NCBI GenBank assembly: GCA_035279445.1
Contig: DATEHV010000008.1
Span: 6,525 to 70,524 of the forward strand
Length of the DNA: 64,000 bases
Reading direction: 5' to 3'
Source of the DNA: Candidatus Acidiferrales bacterium
GTDB lineage: Bacteria; Acidobacteriota; Terriglobia; Acidiferrales; UBA7541
The translations under genes and the position numbers were made by a program. The notes beneath the pieces were generated by a model that ran no database searches, was not told where the DNA came from, and saw nothing but the letters and a program-made list of their open reading frames with translations. Positions 7,782 through 16,563 of this stretch are shown one piece after another; positions within the stretch are counted from its first letter, which is position 1; every line of letters begins with the position of its first letter.

Positions 7782-9284
7782 TCAGGAACCGCGGACGCCC
7801 GGAGCTGCAGGAGTCTCTTCTGTCACGACTTCTCGTTTTGCCGCCGCGATTTTTGCTGCTTCCTTTGCCGCTGCCGAGCGCGAGCCTCGGCCGGAATCGA
7901 GATTGAACTGTCGCATCTTGTAGAGCAGCGCTTTGTAACTGATTCCCAGCATGTGAGCCGCGTCTTTTCGGCACCAGTTTGTTTTCTCCAGCGCGTCGGC
8001 GATCGCTTCCATTTCCGCTTCGTCCTTCAAGCCGCGCACGAGCGCCTTCAGCCCTTGTTCTTTGGGCGCCGGCGCTTCCTCGCGCGGAGAGACGCGCTGC
8101 TGCTGGCTGGTCATCTCCAGAAGTTCGCGGAAGCTGCCTTCGTCGTCTTCCAGAATTACATAGCGTTTGACGAAGTTCTCGAGTTCGCGCAGGTTGCCGG
8201 GCCACGAGTAGCGCACCGCGGCTTCGAGCAGGCTCTTCGAAGGATCGGGCGCCACCTTCTGGTACTTTTCGCTGTACTTGACCAGAAAGTGCCGAAACAA
8301 GAGCGGGATTTCCGTGGTGCGCTCCCGCAGTGGCGGGATGTGGAGCGAGAGTACGTTCAGCCGGTAATAGAGATCCTCGCGGAAGCGGCCCGTTCGCATC
8401 GCTTCCTTGACGTCCATATTCGTCGCGGCGAGTACGCGAACGTCCACGTTGACTACCGAGCGAGCGCCCAGGCGCGAATACTGGCCATCCTGTAACACGT
8501 GCAGGAGTTTTGCCTGCAGATGCGGGCTCATTTCCGCGATTTCATCCAGGAAGATGGTCCCCTTGTTGGCGAGCTCGAACTTGCCGGGCTTCGCCCGCAC
8601 GGCGCCCGTGAAAGCGCCCTGCTCGAATCCGAACAGCTCCGATTCCAGGAGTTCGCCCGGCAGTGCGGCGCAATTCACTTTGATGAAAGCCTGCTGGTTG
8701 CGTTTGGAACGGAGATGAACCATGCGCGCAACCACTTCCTTTCCGACGCCGCTTTCGCCGCTGATGAAAATGGGAACGTCGACCGGCGCAATCTGCAGGA
8801 TTTGCTGGCGAATCTTGAGCATCTGCGGGCTCGCGGCCAGAAACGAGATGTCCTCGGTCAGAGCCTCGCAATATTCCCGCAGCGCCTGATTTTCCGAGCG
8901 CAGTTGCTGCTTCTGCTGGCACTTCAGAAACGCGGCATCCAGCTCCGGCTTCTCAAACGGTTTGGTCAGGTAATCGAGCGCGCCCAGCCGAATCGCTTCG
9001 ACCACGGTGGTCACTTCGTTGGCGCACGAAAGCATGATCACGTTGAGCGAACGGTCCACCTGCATCAGCTGCCGCAGCGTCTCGAGCCCGTCCAGTTCGG
9101 GCATCAGCACGTCGAGAATGATGAAATCGGGCCGCTCTCCTTCGCCGACGCGCTGCAAAGCTTCCTTGCCGCTCGGCAGCGTTTCGACCTCGAATCCGTC
9201 CACTTCGAGCAACGTCCGGAGGTATTTCCGGATACTCGGCTCGTCGTCCACCACCATGATCTTCTCTTTAGCTTTCGTCGCCAT
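7782..9284 (-). CDS. NtrC-family sigma-54-dependent response regulator (REC + AAA+ + Fis HTH)
   Basis: 500 aa. Receiver domain (IMVVDDEPS...DFIILDVLMPELDG...LTKPF), AAA+ domain (GESGVGKE, GAFTGA, WPGNLRELEN) and a C-terminal HTH, followed by an Ala/Lys-rich tail. Confidence 0.9.
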   Translation of the reverse strand: MATKAKEKIMVVDDEPSIRKYLRTLLEVDGFEVETLPSGKEALQRVGEGERPDFIILDVLMPELDGLETLRQLMQVDRSLNVIMLSCANEVTTVVEAIRLGALDYLTKPFEKPELDAAFLKCQQKQQLRSENQALREYCEALTEDISFLAASPQMLKIRQQILQIAPVDVPIFISGESGVGKEVVARMVHLRSKRNQQAFIKVNCAALPGELLESELFGFEQGAFTGAVRAKPGKFELANKGTIFLDEIAEMSPHLQAKLLHVLQDGQYSRLGARSVVNVDVRVLAATNMDVKEAMRTGRFREDLYYRLNVLSLHIPPLRERTTEIPLLFRHFLVKYSEKYQKVAPDPSKSLLEAAVRYSWPGNLRELENFVKRYVILEDDEGSFRELLEMTSQQQRVSPREEAPAPKEQGLKALVRGLKDEAEMEAIADALEKTNWCRKDAAHMLGISYKALLYKMRQFNLDSGRGSRSAAAKEAAKIAAAKREVVTEETPAAPGVRGS

Positions 9285-9320
9285 CGTTTTTCCTGCGAAG
9301 CGAGATCTTCCCGCCTCGAT

Positions 9321-10538
9321 TTATTCGACGTAGATGGGCAGCAAGAAAGAGAATGAACTTCCGCGGCCCATTTCGCTGTCCACCCACACTTTGCCGCGAT
9401 GCGCCTGGATCAATCGTTTCGTAATCGCCAGCCCGAGACCCATGCCCGAAGACGAAGGATCCACCCGTACGAACTCCTCGAAAATCTCCTGGTGAAATTC
9501 CGCCGCGATCCCGGTGCCGGTATCGGTCACGGAAACCAGAACGCTGTTCGGACGTTCGCGCGCGCCGCGGCGCCGTTCCTGCGAAGGTGCCCCTTCAGCC
9601 AGCCGCCTCTCCCAGAAGTGCGGCTCGGCCACCAGCGTGACGCGTCCGCCCGCCGGTGTGTGCTTCAGCGCGTTATCGAGCAGGTTCACCATGCACTGCT
9701 GCACTTTCTGGTAATCGAACCGGAACAGCGGAAGATCCGGATTCACCTGAATCTCAAGATGCACGCCAGCGCGCTGGAATGCGTCATGCCAGCGCCCGGC
9801 CACGTCGTTCACACAGTCCCGCAGATCGTTTTCGTGCAACTGCAGCACCAGCTTGCCGCTCTCGAGCGCCGAATAGTTCAGGAACATGGAAACGAGCCGT
9901 ACCAGCCGGTCGCAGCTTTCCTTCGACTCCTGCAAGATATCCCTCTGCCGCTCGCTCACCTTTCCCAGCGATCCCGTAAGCAGGAGTTCGTAATACCCCT
10001 TCATTACCGCCAGAGGAGTTTTCAATTCGTGCGCCGCGGACGCCAGAAACACCGTCTTCTGACGGTTCGCTTCCTGCAGTCGCAAATAGGCGGCCAGGAG
10101 ATTGCGGTACGTCGTTTCTCGTTCCTGCATCAGCTCCTGAACGGTCTGGCGCATCGCAGCCTCGTCGCCGATCGGTCCGGCGGGAGTTGGTTCGAAAAAG
10201 ACGGCGAGCCAGTCCGGCTCCGGAAGCCAGCGAATTCGTGCGCGCGACTTGCCTTCGGCGGATTCGACCGAAAGATTGACCTCTTGCTCTCCCGCTTCCA
10301 ATTGGCTCAAGACTTCCCTGCGGTCGGCGCGGAGGAGGTCCTTGAACAGGTTGAGATCGCGCCGCGAGCTCAATCCGCGGGTGTTCAGAGCGTCCTGCGC
10401 GTGCAGATTCGTGAAGAGTACTTGTCCGCCGCGATCGGCCACGAGAAGCGGGCGGTCCACAGCGTCCAGCAGACTGGCGACGAGTTGAAAACTCGCCGGG
10501 CCGACCGTCTGCTTTTCCACAGTCACGCTTTTGGGCAA
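9321..10538 (-). CDS. Cytoplasmic sensor histidine kinase (PAS-like + HisKA + HATPase_c)
   Basis: 405 aa. H-box SAAHELKTPLAV, N-box LLDNALKHTP, G-boxes DTGTGI and GMGLGLAI. No obvious TM segments. 36 bp upstream of the NtrC-type RR on the same strand. Confidence 0.9.
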   Translation of the reverse strand: MPKSVTVEKQTVGPASFQLVASLLDAVDRPLLVADRGGQVLFTNLHAQDALNTRGLSSRRDLNLFKDLLRADRREVLSQLEAGEQEVNLSVESAEGKSRARIRWLPEPDWLAVFFEPTPAGPIGDEAAMRQTVQELMQERETTYRNLLAAYLRLQEANRQKTVFLASAAHELKTPLAVMKGYYELLLTGSLGKVSERQRDILQESKESCDRLVRLVSMFLNYSALESGKLVLQLHENDLRDCVNDVAGRWHDAFQRAGVHLEIQVNPDLPLFRFDYQKVQQCMVNLLDNALKHTPAGGRVTLVAEPHFWERRLAEGAPSQERRRGARERPNSVLVSVTDTGTGIAAEFHQEIFEEFVRVDPSSSGMGLGLAITKRLIQAHRGKVWVDSEMGRGSSFSFLLPIYVE

Positions 10539-10852
10539 CGCACTCTCCTGGCGGTTGAAACCCCAACAAACACACCACGCTCACACTTACCCTGGCGCTC
10601 GAGGGGAAACCTGTTGAGGAAGGGTATGCTCGCAAAGGGGCCAAAAAGAGTCAATGGTAAATGCGTCCTACATTTGCACAATCGCGGCAATCGTTTGCCG
10701 CTGCTTTTGTATATTCCCCTTCGAAGTGCTCCCGACCCCGCAACTCGGAACCCGCCATCGTATTGATAATGCAAGTGTTAAATAAAGTGCACGGTGGCGC
10801 AAGGACTTGCATTCAAATTGCGACTCAAAAGGGTACTACTACTTGGGTACCA

Positions 10853-11215
10853 ATGACCGTCAGAGAAAACGCCGTACATCAGAGGGTTGGCGTGCCGCAG
10901 CTGAGCGATGAGCGTCGCCGCTTTCAGCGTATCCATTTGCAGGTGCCGCTCTTCATTCGCGGTAGGGATGCGCAAGGCGATCAATTCATGGAGCTCGCGA
11001 AGACTTTGAACATTAGCGCTGTAGGGGCTTTTATAACGAGTCCGCGACCGCTGGCAGTCAACGGGTACGTCACGTTGACGATTCCCGCGCCGTCGATAAC
11101 CTCGTCCGGACTTGTGCCCGCGGGAATGGCGCCGATTCAGGCGCGAGTGAAACGCCAACAGGAAGCCGGCGATGTGCATTTGATCGGCGTTGAGTTCCTA
11201 AAACCCATCGGCTAA
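10853..11215 (+). CDS. Stand-alone PilZ domain protein
   Basis: RRRFQR (RxxxR) and NISAVGA (NxSxxG) motifs. ATG at 10853 chosen, because the track ORF start at 10661 lies in a non-coding-looking AT-richer leader. Confidence 0.72.
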   Translation: MTVRENAVHQRVGVPQLSDERRRFQRIHLQVPLFIRGRDAQGDQFMELAKTLNISAVGAFITSPRPLAVNGYVTLTIPAPSITSSGLVPAGMAPIQARVKRQQEAGDVHLIGVEFLKPIG

Positions 11216-11467
11216 CGATTTTCCGTTAATTTGAATCCCATCGGCAGTGCGTTGAGTCCAAAGTGGAATCACTTTTCACTTTCCGGCAAGCGCGCGGGTC
11301 CTCGCGCCGGCATTGTATACTGAGCGTTTATGCGTCTTGCTGGCAGCAACTTACGGCGGCCCTCGCCCCATTTCTTGTCTGGGATTGGACTGCCCCGTGC
11401 TGTAGACTAGCAGCCCCCGCATGCCTCCCTGAGTTCAGGGAGGGCTAGACTTACTCGGAACCCGTTC

Positions 11468-12655
11468 ATGCCCCAGCCCGGCGAAGCTATGCAACCGCAG
11501 CCCTCTGCGGAGGATTCGTTCTTGGACTTGCTGGTAGAGACCCTCGAGGGTCTCGACGAATCCGCTCGCGGGCAATTCCTGCGCCAGTTTCTCCGCACTG
11601 TGGCGCAGACGGATCTCACCGAGCTGCAAAGCAATGAATACTGGGCGCGCATTATCGAGCGGCGGCGCGAGCTCGCCGACAGCCTCGGAAAAAGAGTTTC
11701 GCTCAAAACGGCGATCGTCGATGTCCTTTCTTCAACGAATTTTCTTCGCGTTCCCATTCTCATCGAATATGACGAATTCAAGAAGCTGCAGATCAACGCG
11801 GCTACCGACGCGCTCACGGGTCTCTACAATCGCCGCCTCTTCGACGAGTATTGCGACAAGGAGCTGAACCGCGCGAAGCGCTATGGCCAGCAACTCGCCG
11901 TCGTCATCCTCGACCTGCACAAGCTCAAGGAAGTGAACGATCGGTACGGCCATCTGCAGGGCGACCAGGTTTTGCAAATTGCCGCCGCCACTCTGCGGAA
12001 AACCCTTCGCGCTTCGGATTTCGCTTTTCGCATCGGCGGTGACGAGTTTGCGGTGCTCTTGCCGCAGACCGATCCCGAGCAGGCCGTCACGCTTTGCCGC
12101 CGCGTCCGCTCTCAATACGAAGCGGAGCTCCGTCCGCTCAAACTCGATATCGGAGTGACTCTCGATTTCGGCGTGGCCGTGCATCCTCAGGACGGCGACC
12201 AGAAAAGCGATCTACTGGGCCTGGCGGACAAGAAACTCTACGAGCTGAAGCATGCGGGCCGCGCGTCGTCTCGCGTGATTCCGCTCGAACCGCCGCTGCG
12301 CGAGGCGCCCCCTCCTCTGCCTTCACTCCGAATCCCCACGGCCGCCCCTTCCGGGTCAGGCGCCGCTGCTGCCCCCGCCCTGCGCAGCGAGCAGCGGAAG
12401 TGGGAGCGCGTCTCGCTCGCCGGGACCAAGGCTCACGCCATTCTCACGGATGGCACCCAGAAAACCGCACGAGTGATCGACCTCAGTTATGGCGGTGTTG
12501 CCCTGCAATTTGAAAAAGGCGAAGACCTGCCCGCTCAGTTCAATGCCGTGCTGCACGTGCCCATTCTGCCTCCGGTGCGCGTGGTTCTTCGCAAAGCCTA
12601 TACGATGCGGACCGACGCTGGCCGCACGCGCGTCGGCTGCTCTTTCGTTTCGTAG
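11468..12655 (+). CDS. Diguanylate cyclase (GGDEF with I-site) fused to a C-terminal PilZ domain
   Basis: GLYNRRLF..., an RASD I-site 5 residues before the RIGGDEF active site, and a C-terminal PilZ with RKWER and DLSYGGV motifs separated by a Pro/Ala-rich linker. Confidence 0.9.
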   Translation: MPQPGEAMQPQPSAEDSFLDLLVETLEGLDESARGQFLRQFLRTVAQTDLTELQSNEYWARIIERRRELADSLGKRVSLKTAIVDVLSSTNFLRVPILIEYDEFKKLQINAATDALTGLYNRRLFDEYCDKELNRAKRYGQQLAVVILDLHKLKEVNDRYGHLQGDQVLQIAAATLRKTLRASDFAFRIGGDEFAVLLPQTDPEQAVTLCRRVRSQYEAELRPLKLDIGVTLDFGVAVHPQDGDQKSDLLGLADKKLYELKHAGRASSRVIPLEPPLREAPPPLPSLRIPTAAPSGSGAAAAPALRSEQRKWERVSLAGTKAHAILTDGTQKTARVIDLSYGGVALQFEKGEDLPAQFNAVLHVPILPPVRVVLRKAYTMRTDAGRTRVGCSFVS

Positions 12656-12774
12656 TCGGTGCGGGGACGCCTCTCCGGTCGCGCGCTGCGGGCCCTGCCC
12701 TTGCTGGAAAAATTTGCTGAGCCGGGTTACCATAGCACTTCCGTTCCGGCCCCCTCAGACTGATTGGACGTCCC

Positions 12775-13665
12775 ATGGCTCTCACATCTTTACCCACTCG
12801 TCTTCCCGTCCAAGGTGTCGGGCTGGAGGTATGGTTGGAACGCGTCCTCGAAAGAGCCGAGCGCGTCCAGCCGGCCTGGGACGCCGCCGACGTTCACGCC
12901 TTGCGCGTGGCGATCCGGCGCTGCCGGACGATGGCCGACGCGCTGAGTGAAGTGAATCCTGGCCCCGGCTGGCGCAAGCTGAAGAAATCCACCCGCGAGC
13001 TTTTTCGCGCTCTGGGCAAGCTCCGCGATACCCAGATGGAACGGGCCCTCGTGAAACGCCTCGGCCCCCCGGGCGACCCCCTGCGAAAACACATGCTGCG
13101 CCTGCTTTCCCGAGAGCAACAAAGATACCGGGAAAGCGCGGAGCAGGCGCTGATCCGGTTCGACCGCAAGGAGTGGAAAAAACTGTCGCGCAGGCTGGCA
13201 TCCAAGGCGCGATTCTTCCCTCTCGGCAGCGTCGTGTTTCAACGCCTGGCCCTTGCGAGATTGAACCGGGCGGCGGATTTGTATCGGAAGGCGCGGAAGC
13301 AGCGGAGCAGCGTCGCTTGGCACCGGCTGCGCGTCGGCCTGAAGCGCTTTCGCTACGTCGCCGAGAATTTCATGCCGCAGCGGTATGAGGCCTGGGCCGA
13401 CGACTTGAAGCGAATGCAGGACCTGTTGGGCGAAGTCCACGACCTCGACGTGCTGCGCGCCGACCTCCGCCGGCGCGTCACGGACGTGGACGCGGCGATC
13501 GTCGCGCAGTGGTTCGAAAGAATTGACCGAGAGCGAAAAGCACGCCTTCGGGAGTTCACCGAAAAATGCGCCGGCCCGGAATCCCCCTGGCTGACCTGGC
13601 GAGCCGGATTTCCTTGGGGCCCCGCCCTGGCGGCATCGTCGCTCGACGAGCGCCGAACCGCTTAG
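12775..13665 (+). CDS. CHAD domain protein (polyphosphate-granule associated family)
   Basis: 296 aa. Repeated basic helices VHALRVAIRRCR..., HRLRVGLKRFRYVAE, LGEVHDLDVL are typical of CHAD. Confidence 0.82.
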   Translation: MALTSLPTRLPVQGVGLEVWLERVLERAERVQPAWDAADVHALRVAIRRCRTMADALSEVNPGPGWRKLKKSTRELFRALGKLRDTQMERALVKRLGPPGDPLRKHMLRLLSREQQRYRESAEQALIRFDRKEWKKLSRRLASKARFFPLGSVVFQRLALARLNRAADLYRKARKQRSSVAWHRLRVGLKRFRYVAENFMPQRYEAWADDLKRMQDLLGEVHDLDVLRADLRRRVTDVDAAIVAQWFERIDRERKARLREFTEKCAGPESPWLTWRAGFPWGPALAASSLDERRTA

Positions 13666-13674
13666 ACGGACCTC

Positions 13675-14169
13675 CTAGCCCGCCAGTTCCCGCAGAACCT
13701 TCGGAGTGAGAATCCAGCGCAATTCCCACCGGCCTTGTGCCGGAGCGTGCTCGAAACAAGCCGCGCCTGCCTTCTTCAGCTCCGTGAACGCGCCGCGCGC
13801 CCCCGCCAGTTGCGCGATCATCAGGTCGAGATGGGGCGCGTGGCCGAAGCATGCGATCTCATTCGCCTTCAGGCGCGCGATTTCCTTCAGGAGTTCGGCG
13901 GGATTTGCCGCCGGCTTGAGCGCCTCGCTCAAGCGGATTTTCTCCGGCGAAAGTCCCAGCGCCTCCGCAAATATTTCCGCCGTCTGCGCCGCGCGGACGT
14001 AAGGGCTGCTAATCAGCGCGTCCGGTTTCGCTCCCAGCGCGCGCAGGCCGAGCGCGGCGGATCGCGTCTTCTGCACCCCCCGCGCCGTCAGCGGCCTCTC
14101 CGCTTCGGACGGGCATTTCGGGTCGCTGCGCTCCATGGCGATGCCGTGGCGAATCAGATAGAGGATCAT
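13675..14169 (-). CDS. sixA: Phosphohistidine phosphatase SixA
   Basis: 164 aa. N-terminal LYLIRHG (RHG catalytic motif) and SSPYVRAAQTAE match the histidine phosphatase superfamily, SixA size class. Confidence 0.85.
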   Translation of the reverse strand: MILYLIRHGIAMERSDPKCPSEAERPLTARGVQKTRSAALGLRALGAKPDALISSPYVRAAQTAEIFAEALGLSPEKIRLSEALKPAANPAELLKEIARLKANEIACFGHAPHLDLMIAQLAGARGAFTELKKAGAACFEHAPAQGRWELRWILTPKVLRELAG

Positions 14170-14172
14170 CGG

Positions 14173-15732
14173 CTACGCTACCTTTGTTCCGCGCTGCACC
14201 CGCCGGAATTCGGGCTTGAGGTGAAACTCCTTCTGGAACAGATCGGACTTGCGCTCGAGTCCCGCGAGATCGAGACGCGTGCCTTCAGCCGCGCGAATCT
14301 GGAAAATTGCCCGGCGCCCTGCAATTTGCACGTCCACGTCCGAGACTCGCTGGGCGTGCTCCGATTCCAGTTTCTCGGCGATGCGCAGCAGTGACGTCAG
14401 CAAACGAGCCTGCCGCCGCTGCGCGCCGTCGAGCGATGCGTACGATGCGTGCTCGACTTGCGGCTCCGACTTGCAATTGTGATAGCGCACGAGCGCCGCC
14501 ACCATTTCCCGCCGCCAACCCCGTAATCCCGGCACCTCGCCATTGCGCACCAGATACTCGCCGTGGCGGTGGTGCGATTTGCGGTGCACGAACTGCCCCA
14601 CGTCGTGCAGCAGCGCTGCGATCTCGAGTATCAGCCGCGCCTCCAGCCCCATTTCATGCAGCGGGCGCAATTGATCGAAGAGCGAGAGTGCGAGCCGCGC
14701 GACCTGCTCCGCATGCGGCGCGTTGTAGTCGTGCCGCCGCGCAAACCATCGCGCTCCGGCCAGCAGCTCCTCGGCGCGGCCCTTTTCTTCCTCCGACGCC
14801 GCTTCGGCCGAATACTGCTCGGCCACCAGGTCCAGCAGCAATCCCTCCCGCACGCCGACTCCCGGCGCGAGTAGCGAACGCAGGCTGAGCCACTCCGCGA
14901 CTGTCGTGATGATGATTGCCGCGATTCCCATCACTTCGGCGCGGTCCCGTCGCACGCGAAACGCCCTGACGCGCCCGGCCACGTCCAGGCCGAGCAGCCG
15001 CCAGGTCTGGTCGCGCAACAGCCGAACGTTGATCGTCGGCGTTCTCCCTGCCAGCGGGCCGGGAGCCAGCCGCACCAGCGCCTCGGCGTTGCCTCCGCAG
15101 GCTACGGCAATCGCGCGGGAAAGTTTCGGCGGCTCGGGAAGCGCGCTGCGCAGCAGCGACAATACGTGGTGCCGCAGCCGCCGCGCCGTGTCCTCGTCAA
15201 TCGCCCCTTCGATCGAATAGGTTTCCATCAGCCGGATGGTGCCGAGCGGCAGCGCGATGCGATGCTGCACGATGCCGCGCTCAAAAAAGTTCAGCTCCAG
15301 GCTCCCGCCGCCCAGATCGAAAATGAGCCTCGGGTGGATGCGTCCGCCGAGCGCCCACCGCACCGCCGAGCAGACCAGCCGCGCCTCCTCCTCGCTGCTG
15401 ATGACCTCGAGTTCGATTCCCGTTTTTCTTCGAATGCGCTCCATCAGGCGCCGGCAATTGCGCGCTTCCCGTGCCGCCGCCGTAGCCACCGCGCGATACG
15501 CCGTCACGTGCCACTGGTCCATGCGGTTGCGAAAGTGGCGGAAGGCGCGGGCCGCGCGGTCAATCGTATCGTCGTCGAGCAGGTGGCGCGTAAACGCGTG
15601 GTGGCCCAGCCGCACCGCGGCGCGCTCGCTTTCCAGGATCTGAATGTGCTGCGGCGAGGTGGCGCGCGCGATCACCAGGCGGATCGCGTTCGATCCGGCG
15701 TCGATCGCGGTCAGTTGAACCGGAGCGGCCAC
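14173..15732 (-). CDS. ppx: Exopolyphosphatase / guanosine pentaphosphate phosphohydrolase (Ppx/GppA) with C-terminal HD domain
   Basis: 519 aa. ASKHA N-terminal motifs (IDAGSNAIRLVIA, DLGGGSLEL) and a C-terminal LLHDVGQFV HD region. Its stop is 3 nt from the sixA start. Confidence 0.9.
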   Translation of the reverse strand: MAAPVQLTAIDAGSNAIRLVIARATSPQHIQILESERAAVRLGHHAFTRHLLDDDTIDRAARAFRHFRNRMDQWHVTAYRAVATAAAREARNCRRLMERIRRKTGIELEVISSEEEARLVCSAVRWALGGRIHPRLIFDLGGGSLELNFFERGIVQHRIALPLGTIRLMETYSIEGAIDEDTARRLRHHVLSLLRSALPEPPKLSRAIAVACGGNAEALVRLAPGPLAGRTPTINVRLLRDQTWRLLGLDVAGRVRAFRVRRDRAEVMGIAAIIITTVAEWLSLRSLLAPGVGVREGLLLDLVAEQYSAEAASEEEKGRAEELLAGARWFARRHDYNAPHAEQVARLALSLFDQLRPLHEMGLEARLILEIAALLHDVGQFVHRKSHHRHGEYLVRNGEVPGLRGWRREMVAALVRYHNCKSEPQVEHASYASLDGAQRRQARLLTSLLRIAEKLESEHAQRVSDVDVQIAGRRAIFQIRAAEGTRLDLAGLERKSDLFQKEFHLKPEFRRVQRGTKVA

Positions 15733-15735
15733 TCT

Positions 15736-16563
15736 TTAGCGCCAGAGATGAGCGAGCGCGTGCGAAGGCTTGTAGGTCGTGTTCTGGATGGCGAGATGCG
15801 TCGCGATCCGCCTGCGCAACATGCGATTCACTTCCGAGATGCTTCCTTCCCCATCCAGCTCCAGGAAGCCGTGCCGCTTCGAAAGATACTCGAACTCCCG
15901 CTTGATCATCGATTGGTAGCGGATGAACGATTGGAAGAGATCGTTTGAAAGCGACATGTCTCGTCCCGATTCCCAGTAGCTGATCGTCTGCGATTTCTTG
16001 AATTCGCGGTCAAACGCGATCTCCGGCCGCACGTTGAGCCAGAACGTCAGGTCCGGCCGCAGCGCGATTTCGTAAATCCCGTGCAGGTAGTCCCGGCCGA
16101 TTCCGCGCACCGCCGCCCGCGCGATCAGCGTAAAGATATAGCGGTCGGCGAGCACGATCAATCCCGATCGCAGCGCGGGCAGGATGCGCCGCTCCAGCTG
16201 GTCGAAAAAGTCCGTGCCGTACATCAGCGCAAGCGTCGTGCGCGTCACCGCGTTTTCCGCGAGCAATCCGTCGATGTCTTCGCCCACCAGAAACGACCGG
16301 CGCAATCCCATCGTTTCCACGGCGAAGCCTTCGCCCTCGAGCCACTCCGTCAGCAGCGAAATCTGCGTCGAGCGCCCTGAGCCGTCCGTGCCCTCCACCA
16401 CGATCAGGCTTCCGCTCAAATCCTCCGTGCGGACGCCCGGCATCGGCATTCCATAGAAGCGCGACGCGCCGTCGGCGGAGCCGTTCTTGCCCTTCTTCGC
16501 GTGCTTCGAGGGCCGCCCGTTTCCGGGCACCGTGGGAGCCGAATTGGCGCCGGGGCGTGTCAT
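15736..16563 (-). CDS. Thymidylate-kinase-like P-loop protein with Lys-to-Arg P-loop (paralog B)
   Basis: VVEGTDGSGRSTQ P-loop (Arg in place of the canonical Lys) and an LADRYIF motif, with a basic low-complexity N-tail. ATG at 16563 overlaps the stop of the upstream paralog (ATGA). The longer 470-aa track ORF is an out-of-context extension. Confidence 0.72.
   Translation of the reverse strand: MTRPGANSAPTVPGNGRPSKHAKKGKNGSADGASRFYGMPMPGVRTEDLSGSLIVVEGTDGSGRSTQISLLTEWLEGEGFAVETMGLRRSFLVGEDIDGLLAENAVTRTTLALMYGTDFFDQLERRILPALRSGLIVLADRYIFTLIARAAVRGIGRDYLHGIYEIALRPDLTFWLNVRPEIAFDREFKKSQTISYWESGRDMSLSNDLFQSFIRYQSMIKREFEYLSKRHGFLELDGEGSISEVNRMLRRRIATHLAIQNTTYKPSHALAHLWR

Noticed and set aside
7339-7923. 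ORFs in the 7244-7781 gap, such as 7339-7923(+) and 7359-7568(+).
   Set aside because: Composition and GC3 are not coding-like, no motifs are present, and one runs antisense into the 3' end of the NtrC-type gene. The gap is treated as regulatory or non-coding.
10795-10810. TGGCGC-N6-TTGC as a bona fide sigma-54 promoter feature.
   Set aside because: There are 11 rather than 10 nt between the GG and GC dinucleotides, and sigma-54 is very sensitive to this spacing. Kept only as a low-interest note.
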